Assembly (NCBI GenBank): GCA_030770535.1 | Contig: JASVEC010000023.1 | Coordinates: 434,001 to 498,000, forward strand | DNA from: Batkoa obscura | Lineage: Eukaryota | DNA length: 64,000 bases | Direction of reading: 5' to 3' | Part shown: piece after piece, positions 24,821-38,805 of the stretch | Layout: the number at the start of each line of letters is the position of its first letter | Position numbering within the stretch: position 1 is the first letter of the stretch | The notes under the pieces: generated by a model | What the model was told of the DNA's origin: nothing | Database searches by the model: none | The model's input: the letters and a program-made list of their open reading frames with translations, nothing else | Program-made: the position numbers and the translations under genes

Positions 24821-25854
24821 ATATGGTATTTTTAGATCTTAAATAATTATTAGATTTATTAAGGTAATAGCAAAAAACTAACCTGTATTTCTCAATGGTT
24901 GAAAATTTATGTAATATGTTAATATGGATGAAACATAAAGCTGTGAAGTCATAAGTCACATTGAATACAACATAATGTATTTAATGGATGATATCAGTCA
25001 AAAGTTAAAAAAAATAGAAGTCCCTAGTTCTATGCTTAATTATAATTTAATAATATCTTAAAAGAAATTCTTGCTCTATTTTAAAGCACTTCCTGTTTTG
25101 ATATTATTTCATTTTGGAAAAAAATGCGAGAATAACTATATAAAACAATTTATTCAAATTTGAACCCTTTTTTAACATGTTAGGGGCGATTACAAAAAAT
25201 ATAAGAGAATAAAAGAATCGGACAATGATACTTGGAAAGAAGTGTTGATTTCAACTAGTCAATTTATTAAAATACTTTGAAATACCACGGCATCATATGC
25301 TTATAGTTTTTAAATAAATATCTCTATTAACCTTTAAAATATAAGATAAAATTACAATCATTACTCTACAGAAACCCTCACTAATTTTATAAGAATTGTT
25401 AGGTTTAACAGATTTAATAAGAAATGATTTAGAGAATAGAGTTTATTAGAAAATCATTAATTCCTCTTATTAGACTGTTTATTAGTACTAATGAGCATCA
25501 GTCCCTTGAACTTTCATTTTATATAAATATTAAATAAAAATTAAAGTAGCCATATATTTTTTAAAAGATGTATCAGCACAAAAGCAATTTAATTTAGATA
25601 TAAATAAAGTTTATAATTCAATAATTGCTATTTAATAGGTCATAGTTTATATATTATATTAATATGAAATCTTAACTGGGGAATCGAAAATTAGGTATAG
25701 TAAGATATATAATATCAAACCAACATTACAACTTACACAAAAAGGATGTAAATCGAGAATTCAAAATAGTATTATGAATTAAAAGATCGATTGATTAAAG
25801 TCGAAGAAAGAAAATATTTACATAAAAATCTAATTTTTTATTTTAAATAATAGT

Positions 25855-26445
25855 TTAAACATCAATAGAGAATCTGTTACAGGTATTTTGACAGTCTTCA
25901 ATAGTCTTGAAACCAAGACAACCATCATCACAACCGCCAAAAGTTGATTTGATACATTTTTCAGTAGCAATATCAAAGTGGTAAGATTCAACACCCATGC
26001 GACATTTACCAGTTTCGGTTTTGACAAAGCATCTAGCTGGTACATCTTCAAATTTCTTCTTCATTGTTTTTGGCTTAGAGACTTTACATTGACTTTGGGA
26101 GAAAGATGGCATACCAGTTGGGTCAACTGGGTCAATAGTAAATTTGACACAGTTATATTCACAATTAGATTTAGTATCAAAAGCTTGACAACCATCATTA
26201 CATCCTCCAAACAATGCTTTTTCACATTGACCAGTTTTAACATTATAATGATAACTATCATTACTACCACGACATTTACCAGTTACAGTAGGGATAAAGC
26301 ATTTATAGCTTATATCTTGTTGATGGAACTTAAGTGGACCAGTATAAGAAGTAGCACATCCACCTTGTGAGAAAGGCTCAATTAATGGAAGAGTAGAAGC
26401 AAGGATAGAAGAGAAAGCAGATAAAAGTAAGACTTTAGTGTACAT
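25855..26445 (-). CDS. Secreted two-domain Kunitz/BPTI-type inhibitor, 196 aa (P1 Arg/Arg)
   Basis: Signal peptide; two C-x8-C-x15-C-x7-C-x12-C-x3-C units with FGGC. Confidence 0.9.
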   Translation of the reverse strand: MYTKVLLLSAFSSILASTLPLIEPFSQGGCATSYTGPLKFHQQDISYKCFIPTVTGKCRGSNDSYHYNVKTGQCEKALFGGCNDGCQAFDTKSNCEYNCVKFTIDPVDPTGMPSFSQSQCKVSKPKTMKKKFEDVPARCFVKTETGKCRMGVESYHFDIATEKCIKSTFGGCDDGCLGFKTIEDCQNTCNRFSIDV

Positions 26446-27662
26446 AATTGATATTATTATAGTTATTGATATTTGATAATTTTAAAATGGTATAAACTAT
26501 TTATTTATATAGTATTTTAAACTCACCTAGAACATTCGAAATAATAATGATTATACGTTTTATCCAGATGATTTACTTTCTACAAATCCCCAAAATAACA
26601 AATATTGGATAATTTATTTATTATTATTGTTTTACCGCTCTCTATAAACAAGTAGAAATAGAGTGATTTCTATGTGTTGCGCTATTAAATCAAGAGCTTA
26701 TTTATAGTTAATTGATCAATTGAAGTAATTTTAATTTCTAATAGAATTTTATGTCTACAAAGAATATTATATAAATAAACATATCAATTCAATGTTACAT
26801 GTTCTAGGTTGAATTTTAATAACACCATTATAATTTAATGAGAATTCCAAGAGAAATAGGATAATAGGATATACTATATTTATAATACAAAACTATGTGA
26901 TATTTTATTTTAAAAGGAACTACTACTACTTTTTAAGGGATTTTTCGGTTTTGACATTTGTTTTCGGGATTAGTTATTAAGAACATCTTTTAAAATAATT
27001 TATCCAAAATTGAACCTTTGTGTTTGACGTATGCTAAAATCAATTATAAAACAACCAAGCAGAGAAGATCCAAAGCATAATATATTCAATATTAACAAAT
27101 GTTTTAAAATCAGATTGATTGTTATACGGTTATACAATTATATTTCTCGAATTAAAATTAAAATATCAAAATACGGTATAGATATTACTACCATCATTAG
27201 TAATCAAAAACCATAGTTAATTTTATAACAATGATTTTCTGCTCAAGTTATAATGAATACTTTATCTATATTCTTGAAAAGGCATACATCCAAGTCGTAA
27301 GTTTCTATAAGCTCAATGTTCATTTGTCTATTTATATATATATATTAGCGCAGATAAATATGAACATCTTTTTTACTACTTTATTTAGAAGGAATGCTAA
27401 AATTATAGCATATCTTAATAAAAACAGTTTACATTGAAAACCGATTTATTTTATATATGAATTTCAACGTTGTAAATTGAGTCTTTTTTTGATATTTCAT
27501 GTTTTTGGGCTCTACCAGATGTAAAAAACATTGAATGTTAGACTTAAAATTTAGGCTTTTATATATAATATGATATACCAAATAAAAGATACCAATTCTA
27601 AAAAGTATAAGTTATAGTATCAGAAAATAATTATGAGTTAAAAAGATAATATGCCAATATGT

Positions 27663-27760
27663 GGGAGTGTTTTTTTCGACTTCATTATTTTTTCCATTTT
27701 TTAAGCACTATTTAAGCGGAAAATTTGTTAGCAGATTCTTAAACACAAAAACATATCCCC
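27663..27760 (-). mobile_element. MITE (in left palindrome arm)
   Basis: Consensus match. Confidence 0.9.
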
Positions 27761-27833
27761 ATATGTTCATATATTAATATATAATGAGATAAATGTTTAT
27801 ATAAAAATCTAATTTTTTATTTTAAATAATAGT

Positions 27834-28424
27834 TTAAACATCAATAGAGAATCTGTTACAGGTATTTTGGCAGTCTTCAATAGTCTTGAAACCAAGACAA
27901 CCATCATCACAACCGCCAAAAGTTGATTTGATACATTTTTCAGTAGCAATATCAAAGTGATAAGATTCAACACCCATACGACATTTACCAGTTTCGGTTT
28001 TGACAAAGCATCTAGCTGGTACATCTTCAAATTTCTTCTTCATTGTTTTTGGCTTAGAGACTTTACATTGACTTTGGGAGAAAGATGGCATACCAGTTGG
28101 ATCAACTGGGTCAATAGTAAATTTGACACAGTTATATTCACAATTAGATTTAGTATCAAAAGCTTGACAACCATCATTACATCCTCCAAACAATGCTTTT
28201 TCACATTGACCAGTTTTAACATTATAATGATAACTATCATTACTACCACGACATTTACCAGTTACAGTAGGGATAAAGCATTTATAGCTTATATCTTGTT
28301 GATGGAACTTAAGTGGACCAGTATAAGAAGTAGCACATCCACCTTGTGAGAAAGGCTCAATTAATGGAAGAGTAGAAGCAAGGATAGAAGAGAAAGCAGA
28401 TAAAAGTAAGACTTTAGTGTACAT
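27834..28424 (-). CDS. Secreted two-domain Kunitz inhibitor (P1 Arg/Arg)
   Basis: Protein identical to the 25855 copy. Confidence 0.9.
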   Translation of the reverse strand: MYTKVLLLSAFSSILASTLPLIEPFSQGGCATSYTGPLKFHQQDISYKCFIPTVTGKCRGSNDSYHYNVKTGQCEKALFGGCNDGCQAFDTKSNCEYNCVKFTIDPVDPTGMPSFSQSQCKVSKPKTMKKKFEDVPARCFVKTETGKCRMGVESYHFDIATEKCIKSTFGGCDDGCLGFKTIEDCQNTCNRFSIDV

Positions 28425-29664
28425 AATTGATATTATTATAGTTATTGATATTTGATAATTTTAAAATGGTATAAACTATTTGTTTATATAATATTTTGAA
28501 GTAGTAGAAATTTCTAAAATAAGTAGTACTGATTTATTTTTTGAATATGGTTTTTTATTTCCAAATCCCCAAAACATATATAATATTAGTATAACCTGTT
28601 TTTTATTTTTATTTTCATTTTTATTTTACCACTTTCTATAAGCTTATAAAAAATATACCAGTTACTATAAAAGTAAGTATGACTCTAAAGAAGTGAAGTC
28701 AGATAATTCTTTAATAAAAAGTTATTTATAAAAAAGTGGACCCTTATTTTGTAAAGATTCTACCATATCTAAATGCGGAATTGATTTATGATATGCATAT
28801 TGTAAACATTTATCCCTAATTTTGTTTTATTAGGATAATCTCAAAACTGTTTTATTAGAGCTATTCTTACCTTTTTCGCACCTTTGATTTTTGTTATAGA
28901 TGAATGACCTTAAACTGAGAAAAAATATTCACTAAAATATTTATCATAGTATATTATTAATTTGACTTCAAATAAAAATAAATTTCCTTAATGAGATTAG
29001 AAATATAATTGTGTTAAAAAGCAATATACTATTATAGAACATCATCACATAGTGGTTATGGTTTATAAATAAAAATAAAAATAAAAATAAAAACAAAAAG
29101 CGTTATTTTTATTATTTATTATTATTCATTATTGTTTATTAAATTCTAGAATTTCAATTTCAAATTCAAATTCATTAATGAAAATATCTTTTGTTTATCC
29201 TAATATTATGATCTGATTATTAGCATCTAGAATGGCTTTTTATAATAATTAGTAATATAGGTATTATATTAAAAAATCAAATTAAATAATTTAGTATAAA
29301 CAAAAGTAAAATCTTTAAATAAACATTTTATATTGTGTTTAATAAAAGCTTGAGAAAAAATCCCAAAATTCACGTTATAATTCTAAAAACATGAGCATTT
29401 TTTCTTTTGTAAAAAAATTGATGACAAATTACACAAATTTTGAATAAAGCTTTATTGTTAAATTTACAACGTGATTTTTTAGTGAAGTTACTTTCTCAAA
29501 TTAGAGTCAAATTTCATGACCTAAATAAGTTTGCTAAAGTTCACTTATTTTAAAGAAAAACATCTCGTGGTTACATTTTAGAAATAGCAAATATAGCAAA
29601 TATAGAAAAGATCAATAAGTTGTAAAATTAAGTATCATCTAAGTTTTATTATTAAATATCAATT

Positions 29665-30255
29665 TTAAACATCAATAGAGAATCTGTTACAGGTATTTTG
29701 ACAGTCTTCAATAGTCTTGAAACCAAGACAACCATCATCACAACCGCCAAAAGTTGATTTGATACATTTTTCAGTAGCAATATCAAAGTGGTAAGATTCA
29801 ACACCCATACGACATTTACCAGTTTCGGTTTTGACAAAGCATCTAGCTGGTACATCTTCAAATTTCTTCTTCATTGTTTTTGGCTTAGAGACTTTACATT
29901 GACTTTGAGAGAAAGATGGCATACCAGTTGGATCAACTGGGTCAATAGTAAATTTGACACAGTTATATTCACAATTAGATTTAGTATCAAAAGCTTGACA
30001 ACCATCATTACATCCTCCAAACAATGCTTTTTCACATTGACCAGTTTTAACATTATAATGATAACTATCAAAACTGCCATAGCATTTACCAGTTACAGTA
30101 GGGATAAAGCATTTATAGCTTATATCTTGTTGATGGAACTTAAGTGGACCAGTATAAGAAGTAGCACATCCACCTTGTGAAAAAGTATTGATTAATGGAA
30201 GAGTGGAACCAAGAACGGTAGAAAAAGCAGATAAAATTAAAGCCTTAGAGTACAT
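29665..30255 (-). CDS. Secreted two-domain Kunitz inhibitor (P1 Tyr/Arg)
   Basis: Same Cys pattern; domain-1 loop KCYGSFD. Confidence 0.9.
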   Translation of the reverse strand: MYSKALILSAFSTVLGSTLPLINTFSQGGCATSYTGPLKFHQQDISYKCFIPTVTGKCYGSFDSYHYNVKTGQCEKALFGGCNDGCQAFDTKSNCEYNCVKFTIDPVDPTGMPSFSQSQCKVSKPKTMKKKFEDVPARCFVKTETGKCRMGVESYHFDIATEKCIKSTFGGCDDGCLGFKTIEDCQNTCNRFSIDV

Positions 30256-33200
30256 TATTATAATCCTTATTATTAGTATCTAACAATACTAAAGTAATAT
30301 GAATTGTTTGTTTATATACCTTATAGTTTACTTTGCAATTTTTTTATTTTGAATTTTTTTGCCCCAAAAATCCATTCCGAATTGATAAAGTTATTAAACA
30401 AGTTATTAAACAAACTTTTGTTTATCCTCAATTATTTTTCCAATGTTTCTATTTATATTTAGAAAATTGATATTTAAGAATACTTAAAACATTTTTGACA
30501 AGTAAGGGTATTTGAATTTATGGTTTATGTATAAAGGTTTTCCTGTATATTTATGGATAATAATAATGATGAAATATTTATAATGTAGATAGCCTATTTT
30601 CATATTACTTCCTAGCGTTTATTTTAATAATAGTGATTTGATGTATTTTCATAATTCACTTTTCTATTGTTTTGATGTATAGCAATAAAATATTATGTTA
30701 TAGTTAAGTTATCAAGGTATATGATTATTGTGGTTGTTAATGTTGTTGATTTACTATAATGTTTTTTGTAGTTTACGAACAAAAAATAAGGATGCGACTA
30801 TAAATTTTTTTATTAATAGGAATGCTACATTTTACCACAAGATGCATGTTGAATTTCATAGAAATGTAATATTTGGGCTATTTCTATGAAAAAAATGCAA
30901 GTGCCGTTATTTGATTGGGTATCTATCCCTGACTTATAATGTCGCAATTTGCTATTATCTAAACTTTTAAAACGCTTCTTAATAGCCGTGTTCTAAAAAA
31001 GTCAATTTTAGATGAAGCCAAATTTGATATCAATTTAAAATTCTATTTCAAAAATTCCGATTTTTTATATTCAGTTAATTTTAATATACCTTGTACCTTC
31101 TGATCAGTCCATATGGTGTTATTTGGAATTTCTAAAATATTAATTTATGATATATATGAACCATACTCAAATACTACGTAATATTATCTTTATGTAAATA
31201 TTCTGAATCTCCATTTCTCAAATATTTTTATCAACGTAATATAGGTTTAACAAATTAGTAAATAAAAGAAATTTTGCTTTGCAGAATTTTATTTTCGATA
31301 CTTAATAATCTCTATTATATTTGGTTATTTTCGTTTGAAATTCGTAACCATGACAATATAAGAATACTAATTATGAGTATTGAATTGAGCTTCGATTTTA
31401 CAGTTTAAATTCCTTCGAATAGTCTTTTAAAAGGATTTTATCAAAAGCAAAAAATTCAATAGACTTGAAATTCGTTTATTATGAAAATAGTATGAACTAT
31501 CAAAAAGAATACAATAAAAGGGCTAAGAAGCCGAATAGGCAAAGTTTTTACCTTGAAATTCTTAGACAATTATATGAAGTGTGTGTAAACTATTTTATCC
31601 CTATCGGATTTTGTTTATACTTATTTGTTTCAAGTTCAAGATAAATCAAAACTTCTATGCTTATTACCATATATTTGATATTATTGTTTTTCAAATTTGC
31701 CTAGCTAATTAAAAATAAAAACAATTCCTATTAAGCGTATTATTAAAAGACATAGTTTTTGATGAAATAAAAGTTTATTTATAGCTTATCTGTTACTGTT
31801 TTCAATAAAATCGCTATGTTTTAGTCTTAGTATTTTTTAATATCTTAGAAATTTTCATATTCATATTTCTCATATTTTTACGAATTGAAAAAATATTTCC
31901 CAAGATACTTCGCTAATAAATTTTATAAACAATATAATATACGAAACTGTATTAAAATGTTTATCAAAAGGCTATAGAGCTAAATGCCACAAAGTCCCAA
32001 ATATTTCATAATTTTATTTGAAATAAGGAACTAAAAATAGTTTGTTTCACTTTCAATAATTTTTTTAAAATTATTAAAAGAATACATAAAAACTAGATAA
32101 AATATAAAAATAAAAACTTAGTTTATACACTAACCAACAAGATCTTAGATTATTAAAAATACATATTCGGTATTGTTCAAATAATTTTTGATAATACAAG
32201 TAATCCATAAAAGTTATATCTAGACTCAAAACAAAATCCAACCTATTTACAATAATGTTTATTTAGCTAATTATATAGCACGGAAAAGGCAAAACTATTA
32301 ATTTTAAAAGAAATTAGAATAATTATTACTCTTGCTTTATTTTCAAAATAATACCATAATGATATAGAATGAACTAGTGAAAAATTGTATATGATAAGCT
32401 TTAAATTATTATATATTTTTGAGACGATAATCAAAATTAAAACTGAAAGGCTATCTAAACGATCTCTTTTTATAATTATATGCCTGAGTCAGTATTTATT
32501 AAAAGAAAAAAAATCAGTGAGGAAACTAAGGGAATACCAAACTTTCATTTCTACAAGAGATAGGAATCTGTTAAATAATAACATTTTAAATTAACACTAT
32601 TAAATTTATATGAAATTTCTAGGAACGATACAAATTCTATATATGATTTAAACAAAATAACGGTAGCATTGTATCTTACACTTATAATTTGTACTCTCAT
32701 ATACTTCAGGGATAAATGTTCAACCCAATAGTATGCCTAAGTTTTATTTTTAGAAAAGATGGAATAACAAATTTATTTAATAAAGTATTATCGATTACTC
32801 CTTAATTTTATTTATAGAATGCAAAAATAGTATAGCAAAACAAAAAGCTTGCATATTAATACTGCATAAACTATAAAAAAGAACTTTGATTTAAACTTGA
32901 AATTATATTTGATATATGCCCAAAAATAAAAGCAAAAACAATGAAAATATTTTAAATGATTATTACCACTATAAACATTGGTGAGTAATGTAAAAACAAA
33001 AGTAACAAGCTGTGTTTTATCATCATTAGCATTAAAAAAGGTATAGGAATTTTTTTACATATGGACTCAAACCCAATTGCTTTCGCATACCAAAAACGCT
33101 TTAAAAGTTACAAAATATTGATCTCAAGGATTTAAATAGGAAAATTGGTGAAAGCTGAGTTAAATAAAAGCTTGCTATATAACCTGCTTCATAACTTGTT

Positions 33201-33333
33201 TAGCGATTTATATTAGATCTTTGGGGCAAAAATAATAATCTGATGACTATGAAATAAACTTTAGGGTATATAAACAAGCAGTTTATACTACCTTAACATT
33301 ATCAAACACTGATAACAATAAAAAAGTATAACA

Positions 33334-33924
33334 ATGTACTCTAAAGCTTCAGTTTTCTCTGCTATCTCTGTTGCCCTTGCTTCTACTGTCCCATCTGGTG
33401 AAATCTTTTCGCAAGGTGGATGCGTTACCTCCTACACTGGTCCTCTTAAGCCTTATCAACAAAATTTAAGCTATAAATGCTTTACTCCCACAGTATCTGG
33501 TAGATGTGCTGCCAGTTTTGAGAGTTATCACTATAACCCCAAATCTGAAAAATGTGAAAAGTCGTTATTTGGAGGATGTAATGATGGTTGTCAAGCTTTC
33601 AGAACTAAATTAGATTGCCAGAATGAATGTTTCAAATTTAGTATTGATCCTATTGATCCTAGTGGCGTACAATCGTTCGTTCAAAGCCAATGTAAAGTTG
33701 TCAAACCAAAGACAATGAAGAAGAAATTTGAAAATGTACCAGTCAAATGCTTTGTAAAAACCAAGACTGGAAAATGTCGTGTAAACACTGATTCATATCA
33801 TTATGATATTATCACTGAAAGATGCGTCAAATCAGTATTTGGCGGCTGTGACGATGGATGCCTTGCTTTCAAAACCATCCGTGATTGCCAAGATACCTGC
33901 AATAGATACTCTATTGATGCTTAA
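33334..33924 (+). CDS. Secreted two-domain Kunitz inhibitor, most divergent copy (P1 Ala/Arg)
   Basis: Same Cys pattern; loops RCAASFE and KCRVNTD. Confidence 0.9.
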   Translation: MYSKASVFSAISVALASTVPSGEIFSQGGCVTSYTGPLKPYQQNLSYKCFTPTVSGRCAASFESYHYNPKSEKCEKSLFGGCNDGCQAFRTKLDCQNECFKFSIDPIDPSGVQSFVQSQCKVVKPKTMKKKFENVPVKCFVKTKTGKCRVNTDSYHYDIITERCVKSVFGGCDDGCLAFKTIRDCQDTCNRYSIDA

Positions 33925-35284
33925 GATTATTATTTAAATAAATAAATTTTATATTTATATTTAATCATATTTTTCTTATTCTTTATTTTTTATTTTTAAA
34001 ATACATTCCATACGATAGCTTTACTTATCATAGAAAATTTTAACTAGCTCTTATTTTGGATCATGTAAGTTTGAAATCTGTTATCAACCTAACCTATTAG
34101 CAAATTCTATACTCATTGTTAATTTGTTATCTTCAAAAATTGGGCAATCAAATTTGTGACTAAAATATAGAGGTAAATTTTATTTTTATAAATTAGCTAT
34201 AACTATACAGTAATTTAAATATTTTGATCTATATTTATTCAAACTTGCCTCGTTTGCTAGTTTAGACACTAATCATACTAAGGACCATTCCGATAATAAA
34301 TCATCATGCAACAATAGCAGTTTGAGTAAGCATTGCTTTTTTTACCTCTTAATTTGTTTACTTCCTGGGCGTAGGATTTAAAATCTTATTAATTAAATTG
34401 AACAGAAATGTCGCCACATTTCTAATATGAGTTTGAATTTGATCATTCTAGAATTATATCGAAGTGTCGATAGCTATAGTTATAGGATTCTGTTATTATT
34501 ACTAGAATTCTTGAGCGTTTTCTGCCTCAATTCTACAAGTTTATATTACCATTTTAATAAAATTCACCAATAGTTATATATATAGAAAGTTTAACTATAA
34601 TATCTCAAGGTAATCAATTGCTACTTATTCGAATCAAATGTGGAATGAACATTTTCAAGTTCATGTTTGATGAATATAAAAATGGAATAATAGTTATTAT
34701 TAGATTTGGCAAGTATATCAAAAATCCTAACCCACCTTTAATTTGAATCAGTAATAAACAAATAAAATACCTTTTATAAAACTTTATAAGAAACTATAAA
34801 GTTTTTTTTATAAGATTTCATAGTTTCCCTCAGTAAAAATTAGAGATGCGAAAAAATTAATAGTTCTAATCAAACAGCCTTGAGATTTATCCTAATGGAA
34901 CAAAGTCAACGATAAATGTTCAAGATATACATATTTCAAATCAATCCGCATTTAGAAAACACAAGAACATTTCATAAAAATAGGGATTAGTTCCTTATAG
35001 ATAACTTTTGATTATCTCATTATGTCACTTAAATTCTTTGAATTAATATTTACTGTTATAGTATCCATTATATTGCTGCATGTTTGTAATAAGTGGTAAA
35101 AATATTAGTAATAAACAAGTAGAACCTACATTATATATTTTGGGGATGTAAAAATAGAAACTAAAACCTAAAAAATAAATCTACATTGTTTATTTGAAAT
35201 GTTCCTGGTAGCCTAGGATACTATATAAACTAGCACTTTACACTACTTTATCATCATCAAATACTGATAAATAATATAACAACA

Positions 35285-35875
35285 ATGTACTCTAAAGCTT
35301 TGATTTTCTCTGCTATCTCTTCTATCTTCGCCTCTACTGTCCCAAACAGCGGAATCTTTTCCCAATCTGGATGCGTTACATCTTACACTGGTTCTATTAA
35401 ACATCATCAACAAGATTTGACCTACAAATGCTTTACCCCTACTGCCTCTGGTAAATGCTATGCTGCTTTCCAAAGCTACCATTATAACGTCAAATCTGGA
35501 AAATGTGAAAAATCTTTATTCGGTGGCTGCGACGATGGTTGTCAAGCTTTCAGAACTAAAGAGGACTGCGAAAATGAATGCGTTAGATTCACTATTGACC
35601 CAGTTGATCCTACCGGTATGAAATCATTCGTTCAAAGTCAATGTAAAGTCTCTAAGCCAAAAACAATGAAGAAGAAATTTGAAGATGTACCAGTCAAGTG
35701 TTTTGTCAAAACCGAAACTGGTAAATGTCGTATGGGTGTTGAATCTTACCACTTTGATATTGCTACTGAAAAATGTATCAAATCAACTTTTGGCGGTTGT
35801 GATGATGGTTGTCTTGGTTTCAAGACTATTGAAGACTGTCAAAATACCTGTAACAGATTCTCTATTGATGTTTAA
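35285..35875 (+). CDS. Secreted two-domain Kunitz inhibitor (P1 Tyr/Arg)
   Basis: Same Cys pattern; loop KCYAAFQ; domain 2 near-identical to the arm copies. Confidence 0.9.
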   Translation: MYSKALIFSAISSIFASTVPNSGIFSQSGCVTSYTGSIKHHQQDLTYKCFTPTASGKCYAAFQSYHYNVKSGKCEKSLFGGCDDGCQAFRTKEDCENECVRFTIDPVDPTGMKSFVQSQCKVSKPKTMKKKFEDVPVKCFVKTETGKCRMGVESYHFDIATEKCIKSTFGGCDDGCLGFKTIEDCQNTCNRFSIDV

Positions 35876-35958
35876 ACTATTATTTAAAATAAAAAATTAG
35901 ATTCCTACTTACTCTTTTTATTCAATTAGCATTTTAATTCAAAGTATTTTCTTGGTAT

Positions 35959-36036
35959 GGGGGTGTATTTAAGGATTTAAGGATTTTACTAAAAATCTTT
36001 CTGCTCAAATAGCGCTTAAACAAAAAATACATTCCC
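35959..36036 (+). mobile_element. MITE, internally deleted
   Basis: Consensus match with about 20 bp missing. Confidence 0.8.
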
Positions 36037-36191
36037 ATATGTGCTATTAGAATGTATAATTATTTAGTCTTTTGTTATTTTTTTATATGGAGGCCTTCGT
36101 TTGATAAATATAGTGGTTTCAAAAATTTCAATGTATAAGATATTAGAAAGATTTTACTATTTTAAAGAATTTCATAACTCTACTACAATAT

Positions 36192-36289
36192 AGAGATGTA
36201 TTTTTGTATTTAAGAGTTTTACTAACAATTTTCCACTCAAATAGCGCTTAAAAGATGGAAAAAGTAATGGAGCCAAAAAAAACATCCCC
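36192..36289 (+). mobile_element. MITE
   Basis: Consensus match; TSD ATAT. Confidence 0.9.
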
Positions 36290-38214
36290 ATATATTGACT
36301 TTGATTACTTTCACAAGTGACTCAGATCATCACTAAGTCAATAAATGGTTCATCTTGTTTGGTCTAACCAAAACTCAAATTTAACTAACATCTGGAGAGA
36401 CGATAGCCAAGCCTATTTAGGCCAACCTCCTTTATATTATTGGTTATTAGTTTTTCTGTATAACAACAGAAACAAATATCAAACACCTTATATCATTCTT
36501 AGTTATGAATACCTTAAAGATTTTTATTGATGTAGCAATTATAGCATATATTTACAAAATAATTTTTGGAATACTTTTGTCTACTTAATGAGGATTTAGA
36601 AAACACAAATGCACATTTCTTTATAAAGATAAAAAGTGATAAAGTTACAATTTAGCGATTTTATCGTTTATTATATTTAAATAGATTTTCAAAAAGCTGT
36701 CTATTTATCAAAAACTATGTCTTTTAATAATACGCTTAATAGGAATTGTTTTTATTTTTAATTAGCTAGGCAAATTTGAAAAACAATAATATCAAATATA
36801 TGGTAATAAGCATAGAAGTTTTGATTTATCTTGAACTTGAAACAAATAAGTATAAACAAAATCCGATAGGGATAAAATAGTTTACACACACTTCATATAA
36901 TTGTCTAAGAATTTCAAGGTAAAAACTTTGCCTATTCGGCTTCTTAGCCCTTTTATTGTATTCTTTTTGATAGTTCATACTATTTTCATAATAAACGAAT
37001 TTCAAGTCTATTGAATTTTTTGCTTTTGATAAAATCCTTTTAAAAGACTATTCGAAGGAATTTAAACTGTAAAATCGAAGCTCAATTCAATACTCATAAT
37101 TAGTATTCTTATATTGTCATGGTTACGAATTTCAAACGAAAATAACCAAATATAATAGAGATTATTAAGTATCGAAAATAAAATTCTGCAAAGCAAAATT
37201 TCTTTTATTTACTAATTTGTTAAACCTATATTACGTTGATAAAAATATTTGAGAAATGGAGATTCAGAATATTTACATAAAGATAATATTACGTAGTATT
37301 TGAGTATGGTTCATATATATCATAAATTAATATTTTAGAAATTCCAAATAACACCATATGGACTGATCAGAAGGTACAAGGTATATTAAAATTAACTGAA
37401 TATAAAAAATCGGAATTTTTGAAATAGAATTTTAAATTGATATCAAATTTGGCTTCATCTAAAATTGACTTTTTTAGAACACGGCTATTAAGAAGCGTTT
37501 TAAAAGTTTAGATAATAGCAAATTGCGACATTATAAGTCAGGGATAGATACCCAATCAAATAACGGCACTTGCATTTTTTTCATAGAAATAGCCCAAATA
37601 TTACATTTCTATGAAATTCAACATGCATCTTGTGGTAAAATGTAGCATTCCTATTAATAAAAAAATTTATAGTCGCATCCTTATTTTTTGTTCGTAAACT
37701 ACAAAAAACATTATAGTAAATCAACAACATTAACAACCACAATAATCATATACCTTGATAACTTAACTATAACATAATATTTTATTGCTATACATCAAAA
37801 CAATAGAAAAGTGAATTATGAAAATACATCAAATCACTATTATTAAAATAAACGCTAGGAAGTAATATGAAAATAGGCTATCTACATTATAAATATTTCA
37901 TCATTATTATTATCCATAAATATACAGGAAAACCTTTATACATAAACCATAAATTCAAATACCCTTACTTGTCAAAAATGTTTTAAGTATTCTTAAATAT
38001 CAATTTTCTAAATATAAATAGAAACATTGGAAAAATAATTGAGGATAAACAAAAGTTTGTTTAATAACTTGTTTAATAACTTTATCAATTCGGAATGGAT
38101 TTTTGGGGCAAAAAAATTCAAAATAAAAAAATTGCAAAGTAAACTATAAGGTATATAAACAAACAATTCATATTACTTTAGTATTGTTAGATACTAATAA
38201 TAAGGATTATAATA

Positions 38215-38805
38215 ATGTACTCTAAGGCTTTAATTTTATCTGCTTTTTCTACCGTTCTTGGTTCCACTCTTCCATTAATCAATACTTTTTCACAAGGTGG
38301 ATGTGCTACTTCTTATACTGGTCCACTTAAGTTCCATCAACAAGATATAAGCTATAAATGCTTTATCCCTACTGTAACTGGTAAATGCTATGGCAGTTTT
38401 GATAGTTATCATTATAATGTTAAAACTGGTCAATGTGAAAAAGCATTGTTTGGAGGATGTAATGATGGTTGTCAAGCTTTTGATACTAAATCTAATTGTG
38501 AATATAACTGTGTCAAATTTACTATTGACCCAGTTGATCCAACTGGTATGCCATCTTTCTCTCAAAGTCAATGTAAAGTCTCTAAGCCAAAAACAATGAA
38601 GAAGAAATTTGAAGATGTACCAGCTAGATGCTTTGTCAAAACCGAAACTGGTAAATGTCGTATGGGTGTTGAATCTTACCACTTTGATATTGCTACTGAA
38701 AAATGTATCAAATCAACTTTTGGCGGTTGTGATGATGGTTGTCTTGGTTTCAAGACTATTGAAGACTGTCAAAATACCTGTAACAGATTCTCTATTGATG
38801 TTTAA
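38215..38805 (+). CDS. Secreted two-domain Kunitz inhibitor (P1 Tyr/Arg)
   Basis: Mirror of the 29665 copy. Confidence 0.9.
   Translation: MYSKALILSAFSTVLGSTLPLINTFSQGGCATSYTGPLKFHQQDISYKCFIPTVTGKCYGSFDSYHYNVKTGQCEKALFGGCNDGCQAFDTKSNCEYNCVKFTIDPVDPTGMPSFSQSQCKVSKPKTMKKKFEDVPARCFVKTETGKCRMGVESYHFDIATEKCIKSTFGGCDDGCLGFKTIEDCQNTCNRFSIDV

Larger units (their letters stand above)
25810..31763. repeat. Left arm of ~5.95-kb inverted repeat
   Basis: Reverse complement of 36707-42660; equivalent gene coordinates all sum to 68470. Confidence 0.95.

Noticed and set aside
12760..24959. Small ORFs sharing 'VFFLASLLFPSFK.YLSGKI' (12760, 18828, 20461, 21384; also 24771, 46219)
   Set aside because: They are translations of the MITE, not a peptide family.
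29066..29100. (AAAAAT)n run and the AT-rich tandem near 49490-49550
   Set aside because: Ordinary low-complexity sequence.
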